Below are positions 7,325-17,334 of a DNA stretch of 32,000 nt, one piece after another. Made by a program: the position numbers and the translations under genes. Every line of letters starts with the position of its first letter. Position 1 is the stretch's first letter. Below the pieces are notes generated by a model. It saw nothing but the letters and a program-made list of their open reading frames with translations, had not been told where the DNA came from and made no database searches. This stretch comes from Dubosiella newyorkensis (lineage in GTDB: Bacteria; Bacillota_I; Bacilli_A; Erysipelotrichales; Erysipelotrichaceae): positions 1,723 to 33,722 of the forward strand of contig NZ_MPKA01000054.1 in the NCBI RefSeq assembly GCF_001945605.1, given 5' to 3'.

Positions 7325-8700
7325 ACACATTCAAAAAAACAAGCGCAGCCATCCTAGCGCTCTCTTTGAGCTTGTATTCCTTCTCTACGCCCCTCTTTGC
7401 CCAAGACTACTCCAACACCGAAGAATGGTATACGACATGTTCAAAACCCCAAACATCGCAAGAGGGCGTAAAAGCTTGCCAAGGCTTTCAAGAATACCAA
7501 AACAAACGCAAAGAAGAATTGGCCCAAAGCATCCAAAGCTTCAACGAATCGATCCAAACCCTTGAAAACGACACGAACCAAGTCGCGGCGCTTGCCCAAG
7601 AACAAAAAGCGCTCGCCGAACAACTCAATACCCAGATCGCCGAAAAAGAAGCGGCCATCCAGCAAATCGAAGCCAACATCCAAACGCTCCAACAAGAAAT
7701 CGAAGCCAAACAAGCCGAAATCGAAGCGTGGGACGCCCAGATCAAAGAAAGGATGCGCTTTGAACAAGCCAACTTAGGCACCAATATGATCATCGACCTC
7801 GTCATGGGCAGCAAGAACCTCAACGACATGCTCCGCCGCATCAGCGGCATCGAGCGCATCACCGAAGACGACCAAGACCAGATCGAACGCTTGAACGAGC
7901 TCAAAGCCGAGCTCGAACTCCAAAAATCCGAAATGGACCGCCTCAAACAAGAACAAGAAAGCCAAAAGACGCAGCTCGAAGAACAAAGAGCCCAAGCCCA
8001 AGCTTTAGAAGAAAGCTATAATAAAATGGTCGAACAATACCAAGCCCAGATCCTTGAGCTCCAAGCCAAAAAGCGCGAAGCCCAAATCGATATGGATTCG
8101 ATCCGCAACTTTACGATCTCGACCGCCATGGGCAACGTCATGATCGCTAGCGTTCCAGGCTTTAGCGCCCCGATCGCAGGGGGAGGAAAGACGGCAGGCA
8201 CATGGGCTTATCCTGGAGGAGGCCTTCACTTAGGCTTAGATTGGGGCGTTCCGATCGGAACACCCGTCTATGCTCCAGCCGATGGACTCATCCTCTACGC
8301 CAACAATCCCGTTCCAAGCAATTCCGGCTATTTAGGAAACTGGAGCGGCTACCCATATGGCGGAGGAAATACGATCGAAATGCTCTGCAACGTCAATGGA
8401 ACGTTGTACGCGATCTCCTTTGCCCACTTAGCCCAAGAAAACTTTATGGTCAGCGCCGGACAAAGCGTCGCGCAAGGCCAGCAGATCGCGGCCACAGGCA
8501 ATTCCGGAAACACATCCGGCCCCCATTGCCATATCGAAATCTACAATCTAGGACAAATGAGCGTCGAAGAAGCCGTCAGTCGCTTTTCGAAAAACGCCGA
8601 CTTCGCTTGGGGAACGGGATGGAGCGGCACAGGAACTTCTTGCGATGCGACAGGGGGCAGGACCCCGTGCCGAGAGCGTCCCGAAAAATTCTTCTCTTAG
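7321..8700 (+). CDS. Secreted coiled-coil M23 metallopeptidase (EnvC/PcsB-like murein hydrolase)
   Basis: Signal peptide MNTFKKTSAAILALSLSLYSFSTPLFAQD and about 230 aa of Q/E/A-rich coiled coil. M23 motifs HLGLDWGVPIGTPVYAPADG and GNSGNTSGPHCHIEI. ATGA overlap with the ftsX paralog 1 stop. Confidence 0.85.
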   Translation: MNTFKKTSAAILALSLSLYSFSTPLFAQDYSNTEEWYTTCSKPQTSQEGVKACQGFQEYQNKRKEELAQSIQSFNESIQTLENDTNQVAALAQEQKALAEQLNTQIAEKEAAIQQIEANIQTLQQEIEAKQAEIEAWDAQIKERMRFEQANLGTNMIIDLVMGSKNLNDMLRRISGIERITEDDQDQIERLNELKAELELQKSEMDRLKQEQESQKTQLEEQRAQAQALEESYNKMVEQYQAQILELQAKKREAQIDMDSIRNFTISTAMGNVMIASVPGFSAPIAGGGKTAGTWAYPGGGLHLGLDWGVPIGTPVYAPADGLILYANNPVPSNSGYLGNWSGYPYGGGNTIEMLCNVNGTLYAISFAHLAQENFMVSAGQSVAQGQQIAATGNSGNTSGPHCHIEIYNLGQMSVEEAVSRFSKNADFAWGTGWSGTGTSCDATGGRTPCRERPEKFFS

Positions 8701-8712
8701 AAAGGAGAGTCT

Positions 8713-9399
8713 ATGATCGAATTTAAAGATGTAAGCAAAGCCTATCCGAATGGAGTGCACGCCCTCAATCACGTCAATCTCAAAGTGGAAGATGGCGAAT
8801 TCATCTACGTGATTGGCGCTACTGGCTCTGGAAAAAGCACGATGATCAAGCTGCTCAATGGCGAAGAAGTGAGCGACTCTGGACAACTGATCGTCGATGG
8901 AGTCGATGTAGGCGCCCTCAAGCATCGGAAAGTCCCGGCCTATCGACGCAATGTCGGCTGCATATTCCAAGATTATCGCCTTCTTCCAAAGCTGACTGTC
9001 TATGAAAATATCGCCTTCGCCTTAGAAGTCGTAGGCATGCGTAAAAAAGACATCAAAAACAGAGTGCGCGAGATTCTCGAACTTGTCGACTTGAAAGACA
9101 AGGCTAGAAGCTATCCGGACGAGCTTTCAGGCGGCCAGCAACAAAGGGTCACGATCGGAAGAGCGATCGCCAACCGACCAAAGATCTTGATCGCCGACGA
9201 GCCGACCGGAAATCTAGACCCTGAAAAAAGCTTAGAAATCATCCAGCTGCTCGAAAAGATCAATCAAAATTTCGGCACGACGATCGTCATGGTCACCCAC
9301 GATAAAGTGCTCGTCGACGAATTTAAAAAACGAACGATCATCTTGGATGGCGGCTATGTGATCCACGACTCTAGAGTAGGCGGGTACCGCTCCGTATGA
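8713..9399 (+). CDS. ftsE: Cell-division ABC ATPase FtsE
   Basis: Walker A GATGSGKST, signature LSGGQQQR, Walker B ILIADEPTGNLD. AAGGAG RBS. Confidence 0.9.
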   Translation: MIEFKDVSKAYPNGVHALNHVNLKVEDGEFIYVIGATGSGKSTMIKLLNGEEVSDSGQLIVDGVDVGALKHRKVPAYRRNVGCIFQDYRLLPKLTVYENIAFALEVVGMRKKDIKNRVREILELVDLKDKARSYPDELSGGQQQRVTIGRAIANRPKILIADEPTGNLDPEKSLEIIQLLEKINQNFGTTIVMVTHDKVLVDEFKKRTIILDGGYVIHDSRVGGYRSV

Positions 9400-10298
9400 G
9401 AAAATGGTGGACATTGCTTGGATACGAGATCAAATACGCGTGGCTTGGCTTACGGCGCCACCTGCTCGTATCGCTTTCGGCCATGAGCGCCGTCATGGTC
9501 ACCCTCTTTTTGATCGTCGCCTTTTTGATCGTCGGAGTCAGTGTGGAATCTTTTTCAAAAAGTGTCGAACAAGATCTTTCGATCCATGTCGTTCTTGATC
9601 CGGCCATACAAAGCGAAGAAGAGCTTCAGTCGATCCAAGAGCAGATCGAATCGCTTTCTCAAAGCGATCACGTCGTCTTTTCCAGCAAAGAAGAAGAACT
9701 GCAGCTCATGATCGAAGAAAAGGGAGAAGCCTTCCAGCTCTATGAAGGGGAAGAAAATCCTTTGGGGAACGCGTTTTTTGTCTACGCCAAAGACGGAGAA
9801 CAGATCCAAGAACTTGCCAAAAAGATCCGAGAAATTCCTGGGGTGGCGCATGTGGCCTATGGGGGAAAGAGCGTGACCGGACTGGTGGCGCTGTTGGCAA
9901 AAGTGCGAACGATTGGCATCGTGGCGATCGTTCTTTTGCTCATCCTTTCATTCTATTTGATTTATAATACGATCCGTACTACCATTTACTCGAGATCGGA
10001 CGATATTATTATCATGCGACAAGTGGGCGCCGAAAATTCATTTGTCAAACGGCCATTTGAAATCGAAGGAATCATGATCTCGCTTTGCGGAGCGATCATC
10101 CCCTTTGGACTAGTCGCCTATGGATATCCTAAGCTGTATGAAAGCTTGCATGGCTATTTGTTCGCGCGCATCCTTGAACTCGTGCCGGTCCATACGATCA
10201 TCGCCCTATCGGGGAGCGCTTTGATCGTATCCGCCATCTTGATCGGATGGTTTGCCAGCTTTTTAGCCGTGAATAAATACATACGCGAAAAACGATAG
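9396..10298 (+). CDS. ftsX: FtsX-family permease, paralog 2
   Basis: Collinear with paralog 1 (FSSKEEEL, NPLGNAF, YGG, IMRQVGAEN). ATGA overlap with the ftsE stop. Confidence 0.9.
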   Translation: MRKWWTLLGYEIKYAWLGLRRHLLVSLSAMSAVMVTLFLIVAFLIVGVSVESFSKSVEQDLSIHVVLDPAIQSEEELQSIQEQIESLSQSDHVVFSSKEEELQLMIEEKGEAFQLYEGEENPLGNAFFVYAKDGEQIQELAKKIREIPGVAHVAYGGKSVTGLVALLAKVRTIGIVAIVLLLILSFYLIYNTIRTTIYSRSDDIIIMRQVGAENSFVKRPFEIEGIMISLCGAIIPFGLVAYGYPKLYESLHGYLFARILELVPVHTIIALSGSALIVSAILIGWFASFLAVNKYIREKR

Positions 10299-10337
10299 GG
10301 CCATCCTATCGTTTTTGGAATAATAAGGGGAGAAAAC

Positions 10338-11786
10338 ATGAAGAAAACAAAAAAACCAAGCGAAAGACAGAGCGCTAAGCAAAAAGGACTCATCCTCCTT
10401 TTATGTGTTGCTTGTTTTGGGGCCGGCGTGAGCGTGCCCATGTTGATCGAGAAGGCAAAAGGCATCGACAGCCAAGAATTCTCAAAATTAGAGACGGTCT
10501 ATTCGCTTTTAAAGAATCAATGGTACTATGGCGCGCAAATCGAAAATTTGGAGGATCAATTGATCGAGCAATCGATCGTCGGGATGAGCAGCAACGAGAT
10601 CGATCCACACACGAACTATCTTGGCCTTGATCAAGCCAAAGATTTTTCGGACGCGCTAAGCGGAAGCAATGTCGGCATTGGCACGGGCTTTTATCGCGAC
10701 GCCGACAACAATATGGTCGTCAAAAGCGTCTTTATCGATTCGGCCGCTGATCAAGCGGGCATTCAAGAAGGCGATGTCATCACCAAGGTGGGCTCGAAAA
10801 TGGTCAGCGACATCTCCAGCGAAGATTTGATCACGCTCATTCAAAATCATGATGGCCAAAATCTAGACATCACCTTGATGCGGAATGGAGAGCCGAAAAA
10901 TGTCCACGTCGTTCCGGGCGTGTATGATTCGACCGTGATCTGCCGTGAATTTGACGGATATGGAGAAATCGTTCTTTCTAGCTTTTCCGAACATAGCGGA
11001 CAAGACTTTAAAAAAGCGGTCGAACGCTTGCAAGAAAAAGGGATCAAAAAGATCATCATCGACCTTCGCAACAATACGGGCGGTTATCTCGACGCGGCCA
11101 TTCAGATCGCTTCTTCCCTTCTTCCTAAGGAAAGCATCGTGTTCAAGGAAAAGACACGCAATGGAAAGATTGAAGAAAGCGAAGTGCTCGATTCGTATAC
11201 GCCAGCTCAATTTGATCAGATCGTCCTCTTGCAAAACGAAAATAGCGCTAGTGCTTCGGAAGTGCTCATTGGCGCTTTGAAAGACAATCTCAAAGACAAG
11301 GTGACAACGATCGGTTCGACAAGCTATGGAAAAGGAACGAAGCAAGTGCTCGTCCCTTTCAGCGATGGAACTTCTTTAAAATACACAGAATCGGAATGGC
11401 TCACACCTTCTGGTGAGTCGATCAACAATAAAGGGTTCGCGCCCGATGTCGAAGTCGAAGATACGGCGATCCGGCAATCGTATTATTCCACCCAAGAAGA
11501 AGATCTTGAATTTGAACAAGATAGCGTGAATCCCAACGCGCAAGCTTTGCAGCTCTTTTTACAATATCTTGACTATCCTGTGGATCGGGTGGATTCCTAT
11601 TTCTCGGCCCAATCGGCCCAAGCGCTCAAGCAGTTCCAGGAAGATCATCAATTGGAGGCGAATGGCAAAGTCGACGCCAAGACGTGGGAAGTTCTTGAAC
11701 AAGAGGTCAGCTTAAAAATGAATCAAAAAGAGATGGAGGACGATGTTCAGCTTCAAAAGGCGATCGAATTGATCAAAGCAGAATAG
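10338..11786 (+). CDS. S41 C-terminal processing peptidase (Ctp) with PDZ and C-terminal peptidoglycan-binding domain
   Basis: N-terminal anchor. PDZ segment GIQEGDVITKVG. S41 core RNNTGGYL...NENSASASEVLIGALKD...SYGKGT. PG_binding_1-like tail ALQLFLQYLDY...ALKQFQEDHQLEANGKVDAKTWEVL. Confidence 0.85.
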   Translation: MKKTKKPSERQSAKQKGLILLLCVACFGAGVSVPMLIEKAKGIDSQEFSKLETVYSLLKNQWYYGAQIENLEDQLIEQSIVGMSSNEIDPHTNYLGLDQAKDFSDALSGSNVGIGTGFYRDADNNMVVKSVFIDSAADQAGIQEGDVITKVGSKMVSDISSEDLITLIQNHDGQNLDITLMRNGEPKNVHVVPGVYDSTVICREFDGYGEIVLSSFSEHSGQDFKKAVERLQEKGIKKIIIDLRNNTGGYLDAAIQIASSLLPKESIVFKEKTRNGKIEESEVLDSYTPAQFDQIVLLQNENSASASEVLIGALKDNLKDKVTTIGSTSYGKGTKQVLVPFSDGTSLKYTESEWLTPSGESINNKGFAPDVEVEDTAIRQSYYSTQEEDLEFEQDSVNPNAQALQLFLQYLDYPVDRVDSYFSAQSAQALKQFQEDHQLEANGKVDAKTWEVLEQEVSLKMNQKEMEDDVQLQKAIELIKAE

Positions 11787-11819
11787 AGGATCAAAAAATT
11801 AAATTAAGGGGGTGTTTCT

Positions 11820-12482
11820 ATGGATCATGATAGAAACAAAAAAACATGGAAGCCCGTATTGAATTCGATCAATGCGCATTCCAACACGATATCTTTATAT
11901 ATTGCGCTTTTTTCGCTGATTTTCAGTATCTTTACTTTTTATATGACCGTCAAGATCGAGGAGCATTCGAACTATTTATCGGATTTGCAAGCGCCTTGTA
12001 TTTATAAGCTCAAGGTGAGCGGGAATGTAGAGTTTCCGAAAGTGGATGCGGGCGCCTCGACGATCGAGCTGGATCAAACGCGGATCGTTTTAGCGATCAC
12101 GAGCGGTTCGGTGCTCGATATTGGCAACGTGGTGATGTCTGATGATGGCTACATTGAAAGGATCCGTTCTTGGTCGATCGCGCAGCATCAGCCTGCCAAC
12201 AAGGAAATGGAAGCAGAAGAAGAAAAGCTCGATGGAACGACGACACTTTCGTATCGGCCGGGTTTATGGAACTATGAGGCTTCTTCTAAAAGTGCGTATA
12301 CGGTGTTGTTCGTAAAGACAGGAAACAACACGAGCGATATTTGGCTGCTTGTGCTCGATGAAAACGGGAAGCTGAGTATTTATGGCTACGACGCGTTGGC
12401 GATCGATCCAGACAGCAAGTATCCTAAGGCGTTCGAGGCTTATCGGAAGGCGCGTGAATTTTTAGTCGCCAACGACATTTGA
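11820..12482 (+). CDS. Hypothetical single-pass membrane protein
   Basis: 220 aa with GGGGG RBS. One TM ([21 protein letters not shown]) followed by about 170 aa of soluble domain with no motif I recognise. Confidence 0.5.
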   Translation: MDHDRNKKTWKPVLNSINAHSNTISLYIALFSLIFSIFTFYMTVKIEEHSNYLSDLQAPCIYKLKVSGNVEFPKVDAGASTIELDQTRIVLAITSGSVLDIGNVVMSDDGYIERIRSWSIAQHQPANKEMEAEEEKLDGTTTLSYRPGLWNYEASSKSAYTVLFVKTGNNTSDIWLLVLDENGKLSIYGYDALAIDPDSKYPKAFEAYRKAREFLVANDI

Positions 12483-12492
12483 AAGGAAGAAC

Positions 12493-14457
12493 ATGGAAAA
12501 ATTTGAACTTGTCTCGGCGTATAAGCCGAGCGGAGACCAGCCCGAAGCGATCAAAGAATTAGTGGAAGGCATCAAAGAAGGAAAAAAAGCCCAAGTTCTT
12601 TTGGGTGCGACGGGAACGGGAAAAACGTTTACGATTTCGAATGTGATCGCTCAAGTCAATAAACCAACGCTTGTTTTTGTTCATAATAAAACGCTCGCTT
12701 CGCAGTTGTATTCAGAGTTCAAAGAATTTTTTCCCAACAATCATGTGGAATATTTTGTTTCGAACTTTGATTTTTATCAGCCAGAAGCGTATGTGCCAAA
12801 GACAGATACATATATTGATAAAAACACGAAAACGAATGACGAATTAGATATGCTTCGGATGGCGGCTGTCAATTCGGTGCTCCACCATCGGGATACGATC
12901 ATTGTCGCCTCTGTCGCTTCGATTTATGGCGCCAGCAATCCAGAACAATACAAAAATATGATTGAAACGATCCGCGTAGGGGATGTGATCGATCGTAACG
13001 AGCTCATGCTCAAGCTCGTTCACCAGCAATATAAGCGCAACGATATCGATCCGGTGCGGGGAACGTTTCGGGTACGGGGCGATACGATCGAAATCACGCC
13101 AGGTCATACGGAAGCGTATTTGATCCGGATCGAAATGTTTGGCGATGAGATCGAGAGGATCTGTGAAGTCGATCCGCTTACAGGAAAGCTGAATGCGGCT
13201 TATCAGATCTACAACATTTATCCGGCCAATGGATACGCGACGAGCATGGATATCATGAAGCGGGCGGCGAAAAATATTGAAACGGAATTGGAGGAGCGTC
13301 TCCATTATTTTGACGAGATGGGAAAACCGCTGGAGAAAGAACGTTTGGAGCAGCGGTGTCGGTATGATATTGAGGCATTGCGTGAATTTGGTGTCTGTCC
13401 TGGGATCGAGAACTATTCGCGTCATATTGATGGAAGAAAGCCTGGAGAGAGGCCATATACGTTATTCGACTATTTTCCGGATGATTTCTTGCTTGTCGTG
13501 GATGAAAGTCATGTTTCTTTGCCGCAGGTGCGGGGAATGTTCAATGGAGATCGGGCGCGTAAGCAAACGTTGGTCGATTATGGCTTCCGTCTGCCTTCGG
13601 CTTTGGACAATCGTCCGCTGAAATTCAACGAGTTCGAGTCGATGACGCCGCAGTCGATCTTCGTTTCGGCAACGCCAGGCGATTATGAATTGGAAAAGAC
13701 GAATCATCATGTGGTCGAGCAGATCATTCGTCCAACGGGTCTTCTCGATCCAGAAGTCGAAGTCCGTCCAATCGAAGGACAGATCGATGATCTTGTGGAT
13801 GAGATCAAGGAGCGGGTGGCGCGCAACGAGCGGACGCTAGTGACAACATTGACGGTCCGCATGGCGGAGGATCTTACTTCGTATTTGAAAAACATGGATC
13901 TGAAGGTGGCTTGGCTGCATCATGAGGTGACAACGATCGAAAGGACCGAGATCATCCATGATCTAAGGGAGGGCAAGTACGATGTGCTTGTGGGGATCAA
14001 CTTGCTTCGGGAAGGTTTAGATATTCCAGAGGTTTCGTTGATCGCGATCTTAGATGCGGATAAGGAAGGCTTCTTGCGTTCGCGTCGTTCATTGATCCAG
14101 ATCATTGGGCGGGCGGCTCGAAACGCGCAAGGGAAGGTCATCATGTATGCGGATAAGATCACAGAGAGCATGGATGAGGCGATCAAGGAGACGGCGCGTA
14201 GACGTAAGATCCAAATGGAGTATAATGAGCGTCATCATATCACGCCAAAGACGATCATCAAGCCGATCCATGATGTCGTTCGTTCGAAAGAGACGAAGGA
14301 AGTTACGCGGAAATATTTAGCGAAGAAGAAGATCAGCAAGAAAGATAAAGAGAAGATGCTGGAAAATTTGCGGAAGGAAATGAAAGAGGCCGCCAAAGAG
14401 CTCGATTTCGAGCGGGCAGCCGAACTTCGCGATATGATCATCGAATTGGAAGGATAG
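12493..14457 (+). CDS. uvrB: Excinuclease ABC subunit B
   Basis: [14 protein letters not shown], helicase C motifs, and C-terminal UVR domain [19 protein letters not shown]. Confidence 0.97.
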   Translation: MEKFELVSAYKPSGDQPEAIKELVEGIKEGKKAQVLLGATGTGKTFTISNVIAQVNKPTLVFVHNKTLASQLYSEFKEFFPNNHVEYFVSNFDFYQPEAYVPKTDTYIDKNTKTNDELDMLRMAAVNSVLHHRDTIIVASVASIYGASNPEQYKNMIETIRVGDVIDRNELMLKLVHQQYKRNDIDPVRGTFRVRGDTIEITPGHTEAYLIRIEMFGDEIERICEVDPLTGKLNAAYQIYNIYPANGYATSMDIMKRAAKNIETELEERLHYFDEMGKPLEKERLEQRCRYDIEALREFGVCPGIENYSRHIDGRKPGERPYTLFDYFPDDFLLVVDESHVSLPQVRGMFNGDRARKQTLVDYGFRLPSALDNRPLKFNEFESMTPQSIFVSATPGDYELEKTNHHVVEQIIRPTGLLDPEVEVRPIEGQIDDLVDEIKERVARNERTLVTTLTVRMAEDLTSYLKNMDLKVAWLHHEVTTIERTEIIHDLREGKYDVLVGINLLREGLDIPEVSLIAILDADKEGFLRSRRSLIQIIGRAARNAQGKVIMYADKITESMDEAIKETARRRKIQMEYNERHHITPKTIIKPIHDVVRSKETKEVTRKYLAKKKISKKDKEKMLENLRKEMKEAAKELDFERAAELRDMIIELEG

Positions 14458-14473
14458 TTATCCTTCCTTTTTT
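14448..14473 (+). terminator. uvrB terminator hairpin built from the last codons of uvrB and ung
   Basis: ggaaggata (14448-14456) / tatccttcc (14459-14467) followed by T6. It contains the uvrB TAG and the complement of the ung TAA. Confidence 0.55.
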
Positions 14474-15147
14474 AGATTGCTTTTTGTCCATTGGATCGGT
14501 TGGATATGGTGGGCTTCTAAGAAGGCGTTGGCTTTTTGAAAGCAGTTGGAGCCAAAAAAGCCGCGGGAAGCCGATAAAGGAGAGGGGTGGGCGGATTCGA
14601 GAACGAGGTGTTCTGGATTGGTGAGCATCTTCTTCAAGGAGCAGGCTTTGTTGCCCCATAAAATAAAGACGATGGGTCGATCTTGGGCGTTGAGCGCTTC
14701 TAAAAGGGTGTTGGTGAAGCGTTCCCAGCCTTTGTTTTGGTGGGAGAGCGGTTTGCCTCGTTGCACGCTCATGATCGGATTGAGCAAAAGGACGCCTTGT
14801 CTTGCCCAGTCTCTTAGATCGCCGCTTCGAAGGATCGGGGTGTGGTATTCACTTTCCAATTCTTTGTAGATGTTTTTTAAAGAGGGCGGGATCGGCTGGT
14901 CCGGATTGACGGAGAAGGCGAGCCCGTGTGCCTGGTTTGGTCCGTGATAGGGGTCTTGGCCTAGGATCACGACTTTCACTTTGGAAAGGGGTGTCAGGCG
15001 CAGGGCGGAAAACACTTGTTCTTTGGGTGGATAGATCGTTTTGGTGGCGTATTCTTGCTGGAGAAAGCGAAACAAATCTTGCATATAGGGCTTGGAAAAC
15101 TCTTGTTGATAGAGAGGATCCCAATCGTTATTCATCATCGACATCAT
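14458..15147 (-). CDS. ung: Uracil-DNA glycosylase
   Basis: GQDPYHGPNQAHGLAFSV and ESAHPSPLSA motifs. Confidence 0.95.
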   Translation of the reverse strand: MMSMMNNDWDPLYQQEFSKPYMQDLFRFLQQEYATKTIYPPKEQVFSALRLTPLSKVKVVILGQDPYHGPNQAHGLAFSVNPDQPIPPSLKNIYKELESEYHTPILRSGDLRDWARQGVLLLNPIMSVQRGKPLSHQNKGWERFTNTLLEALNAQDRPIVFILWGNKACSLKKMLTNPEHLVLESAHPSPLSASRGFFGSNCFQKANAFLEAHHIQPIQWTKSNLKKEG

Positions 15148-15195
15148 ATACCTCTTTTCGTTGGAATTCTTTCTTTAATCATATAGAATGGAGCC

Positions 15196-16344
15196 ATGGT
15201 AATTCAAGATAAGATCAAGTATATAGAAGCAAAAAGAGGAAGAAACCATCCTTTGTTCATGTTTAGAAATTGGCTCGATGAAAAAGTGCCGTCGCATCGT
15301 GAGCTTAAGCTCATTCAGGTGGGGGGCACGAATGGCAAGGGGAGCACGTGTCAGTGGCTAAACTTGTTTTTGCGAAAGGAAGGTTTTCGTACGGGGATGT
15401 TTACGAGTCCGCATCTTGTCTCGCATTTGGAAAGGATCCAAGTGGATGGAAGCTGGATCGAGGCGAGCGAATGGGAGCGGATCTATGATCGGTATGCCGA
15501 TTTTTTTGAGGAAGAGCAGCTGACGATGTTTGAGATCGATTTGTTTATGGCGATCGTTTATTTTGTTGAGCAAAAGGTCGAGTATGGCATCATCGAGGTG
15601 GGAATGGGTGGTCGTTTGGATGCGACGACCGCTCTAGATTATATTGCGACATTGATCACGAATGTGGGGATGGATCATACGGAGTATTTAGGGACGACGC
15701 TTTCTCAGATCGCAAAAGAGAAGGCGGGGATCTTTAAAGAGAGCACGTTAGCGATCGCCTATGATACGACGTGTTTTTCCGTTATGGAGGAGGAGGCTTT
15801 TCGGAAGCGGACTTCTTTATTGGTGGCTGACTATGATCTTTCGAATTTGGATACGAGCGCATTGCCGGCGTATCAAAGGGAAAATCTTGTGCTGGCTTTA
15901 AGTTGTTTGCGGCAGCTTAAGCTTTTGAAGCCTTATTCTATTCAGAGCGTGATCGACTCATTTTCTTGGCTAGGACGGTGCACGGTGCTTAGAAAGGATC
16001 CTTTGGTGCTTTTGGATGGGGCTCACAATATGCCTGGGATCGAGGCGCTCATTCGTTCGCTCTCTTCTTTTGAGGGCGTGATCTATTTTTCGGTTCTCAA
16101 GGAAAAAGAGTCGGATAAGATGATCAAGCGGATCCTGAAATGGAATTCGAATGTGGTTCTTGTTCGTTTTGAGGAGGAGCGGCTCGCGGATTTGGATGTG
16201 CTGCATGCGCATTATCGGATCCCGACGATCGATTTTGAGGATATGATCGATCGTTTAAAAGGAGCGAAAACGAGTACTTTGATTTGTGGCTCGTTGTATT
16301 TTGTTGGGAAAGTTTTGGCGCATCGAGATGAGATCGGTTCTTAA
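15196..16344 (+). CDS. folC: Folylpolyglutamate synthase / dihydrofolate synthase
   Basis: GGTNGKGST P-loop, MFTSPHLV, Mur-ligase-like DGAHN. Confidence 0.85.
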   Translation: MVIQDKIKYIEAKRGRNHPLFMFRNWLDEKVPSHRELKLIQVGGTNGKGSTCQWLNLFLRKEGFRTGMFTSPHLVSHLERIQVDGSWIEASEWERIYDRYADFFEEEQLTMFEIDLFMAIVYFVEQKVEYGIIEVGMGGRLDATTALDYIATLITNVGMDHTEYLGTTLSQIAKEKAGIFKESTLAIAYDTTCFSVMEEEAFRKRTSLLVADYDLSNLDTSALPAYQRENLVLALSCLRQLKLLKPYSIQSVIDSFSWLGRCTVLRKDPLVLLDGAHNMPGIEALIRSLSSFEGVIYFSVLKEKESDKMIKRILKWNSNVVLVRFEEERLADLDVLHAHYRIPTIDFEDMIDRLKGAKTSTLICGSLYFVGKVLAHRDEIGS

Positions 16345-16406
16345 TCGCTTCGCTTTACACATTTCCTCGTTTTTTTCATAATATAGAAAAAACGAGGAGA
16401 GAGAGC

Positions 16407-17297
16407 ATGGCTGGATTTAAACGCTTAAAGGCATCTTTGCAAGAAAAAAAAGACACAAATTTATTGTTTGCGCTGGTTCAGCGGTATTTGAACAACAATA
16501 TTGGCACGAAGTCGGCGGCGATGGCGTATTATCTTGTTTTTACGCTTTTTCCTTTGATGATCGTTCTTGGGAACATTTTGGCAATGTTCCATATCAATGT
16601 GGATACGCTCACGAGTTTTTTGAAGCCGCTCATGCCTATGGATACGATTCAATTGTTGGCGAGCTACATCAATTATGTGAATGAGTCGTTCAGTCCGGTT
16701 TTTTTGTCGTTTGCGATCATTTTTTCGATTTATTTTCCATATCGGGCGATCAAGGATCTGATGGAGGATGTTCGTGCGGCGTATGGGCTTGGCAAGCGCG
16801 CTTCTTTTTTGTCTTCGTTATGGCGCGAGCTTGTATGTACGTTCCTGATTCCATTGAGCTTGTTGTTGTCGTTTTTATTGGTGGTGCTTGGTGAAAATGT
16901 CATTCGTTTCTTTTTGGGTTTTTTCCCGGCGGATTTTTTTCATATTTCGGATTTGATCTTGCATTTGTGGCAATATTTACGGTTCGTGGCGGCCGCTTTA
17001 TTGATGGGGGCTTCTTTAGGTGTCTTGTATCAGTTGAGCCTGGATCAATGGGTGCGGTTCAAAAAGGTCGTGCCAGGGATCGCGTTTGCGATCTTGGTAT
17101 GGATCGTCATGTGTATCGGATTTTCGTTTTATGTGGAAAACTTTGCCCATTATTCTGTGATCTATGGAGCGCTTGGTGGTTTTATCGTTCTGCTGTTGTG
17201 GTTGTATTGGACAAGCTTGATCTTCATCATGGGTGGCGAGTTCAATGCGGCGATCGATAAGAAGCGTCAGATCGAGATGGATGTTCAAAAAGCATAA
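16407..17297 (+). CDS. YihY/BrkB-family membrane protein
   Basis: AAMAYYLVFTLFPLMIVLG... and six hydrophobic segments typical of YihY / virulence factor BrkB. Confidence 0.8.
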   Translation: MAGFKRLKASLQEKKDTNLLFALVQRYLNNNIGTKSAAMAYYLVFTLFPLMIVLGNILAMFHINVDTLTSFLKPLMPMDTIQLLASYINYVNESFSPVFLSFAIIFSIYFPYRAIKDLMEDVRAAYGLGKRASFLSSLWRELVCTFLIPLSLLLSFLLVVLGENVIRFFLGFFPADFFHISDLILHLWQYLRFVAAALLMGASLGVLYQLSLDQWVRFKKVVPGIAFAILVWIVMCIGFSFYVENFAHYSVIYGALGGFIVLLLWLYWTSLIFIMGGEFNAAIDKKRQIEMDVQKA

Positions 17298-17305
17298 GAA
17301 GAGAA

Positions 17306-17334
17306 AGAAGGAGCCTTGTGGGCTCCTTCTTTTT
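17306..17334. terminator. Bidirectional terminator between yihY-like and Nudix genes
   Basis: agaaggagcc / ggctccttct stem flanked by an A-run and a T-run. Confidence 0.8.

Noticed and set aside
7560-8060. Repetitive DNA in the M23 gene as a possible tandem repeat or array
   Set aside because: The periodicity is imperfect and reflects coiled-coil heptads (Q/E/A/K codons). There are no spacer-repeat units.
12844-13425. 193-aa antisense ORF inside uvrB. Similar ORFs occur at 7488..7946, 7441..7767, 10863..11345, 8548..8970, 5380..5808 and 6373..6699.
   Set aside because: All lie opposite strongly supported genes. They arise from codon bias or repetitive E/Q/K-rich coding and lack RBS and recognisable motifs.
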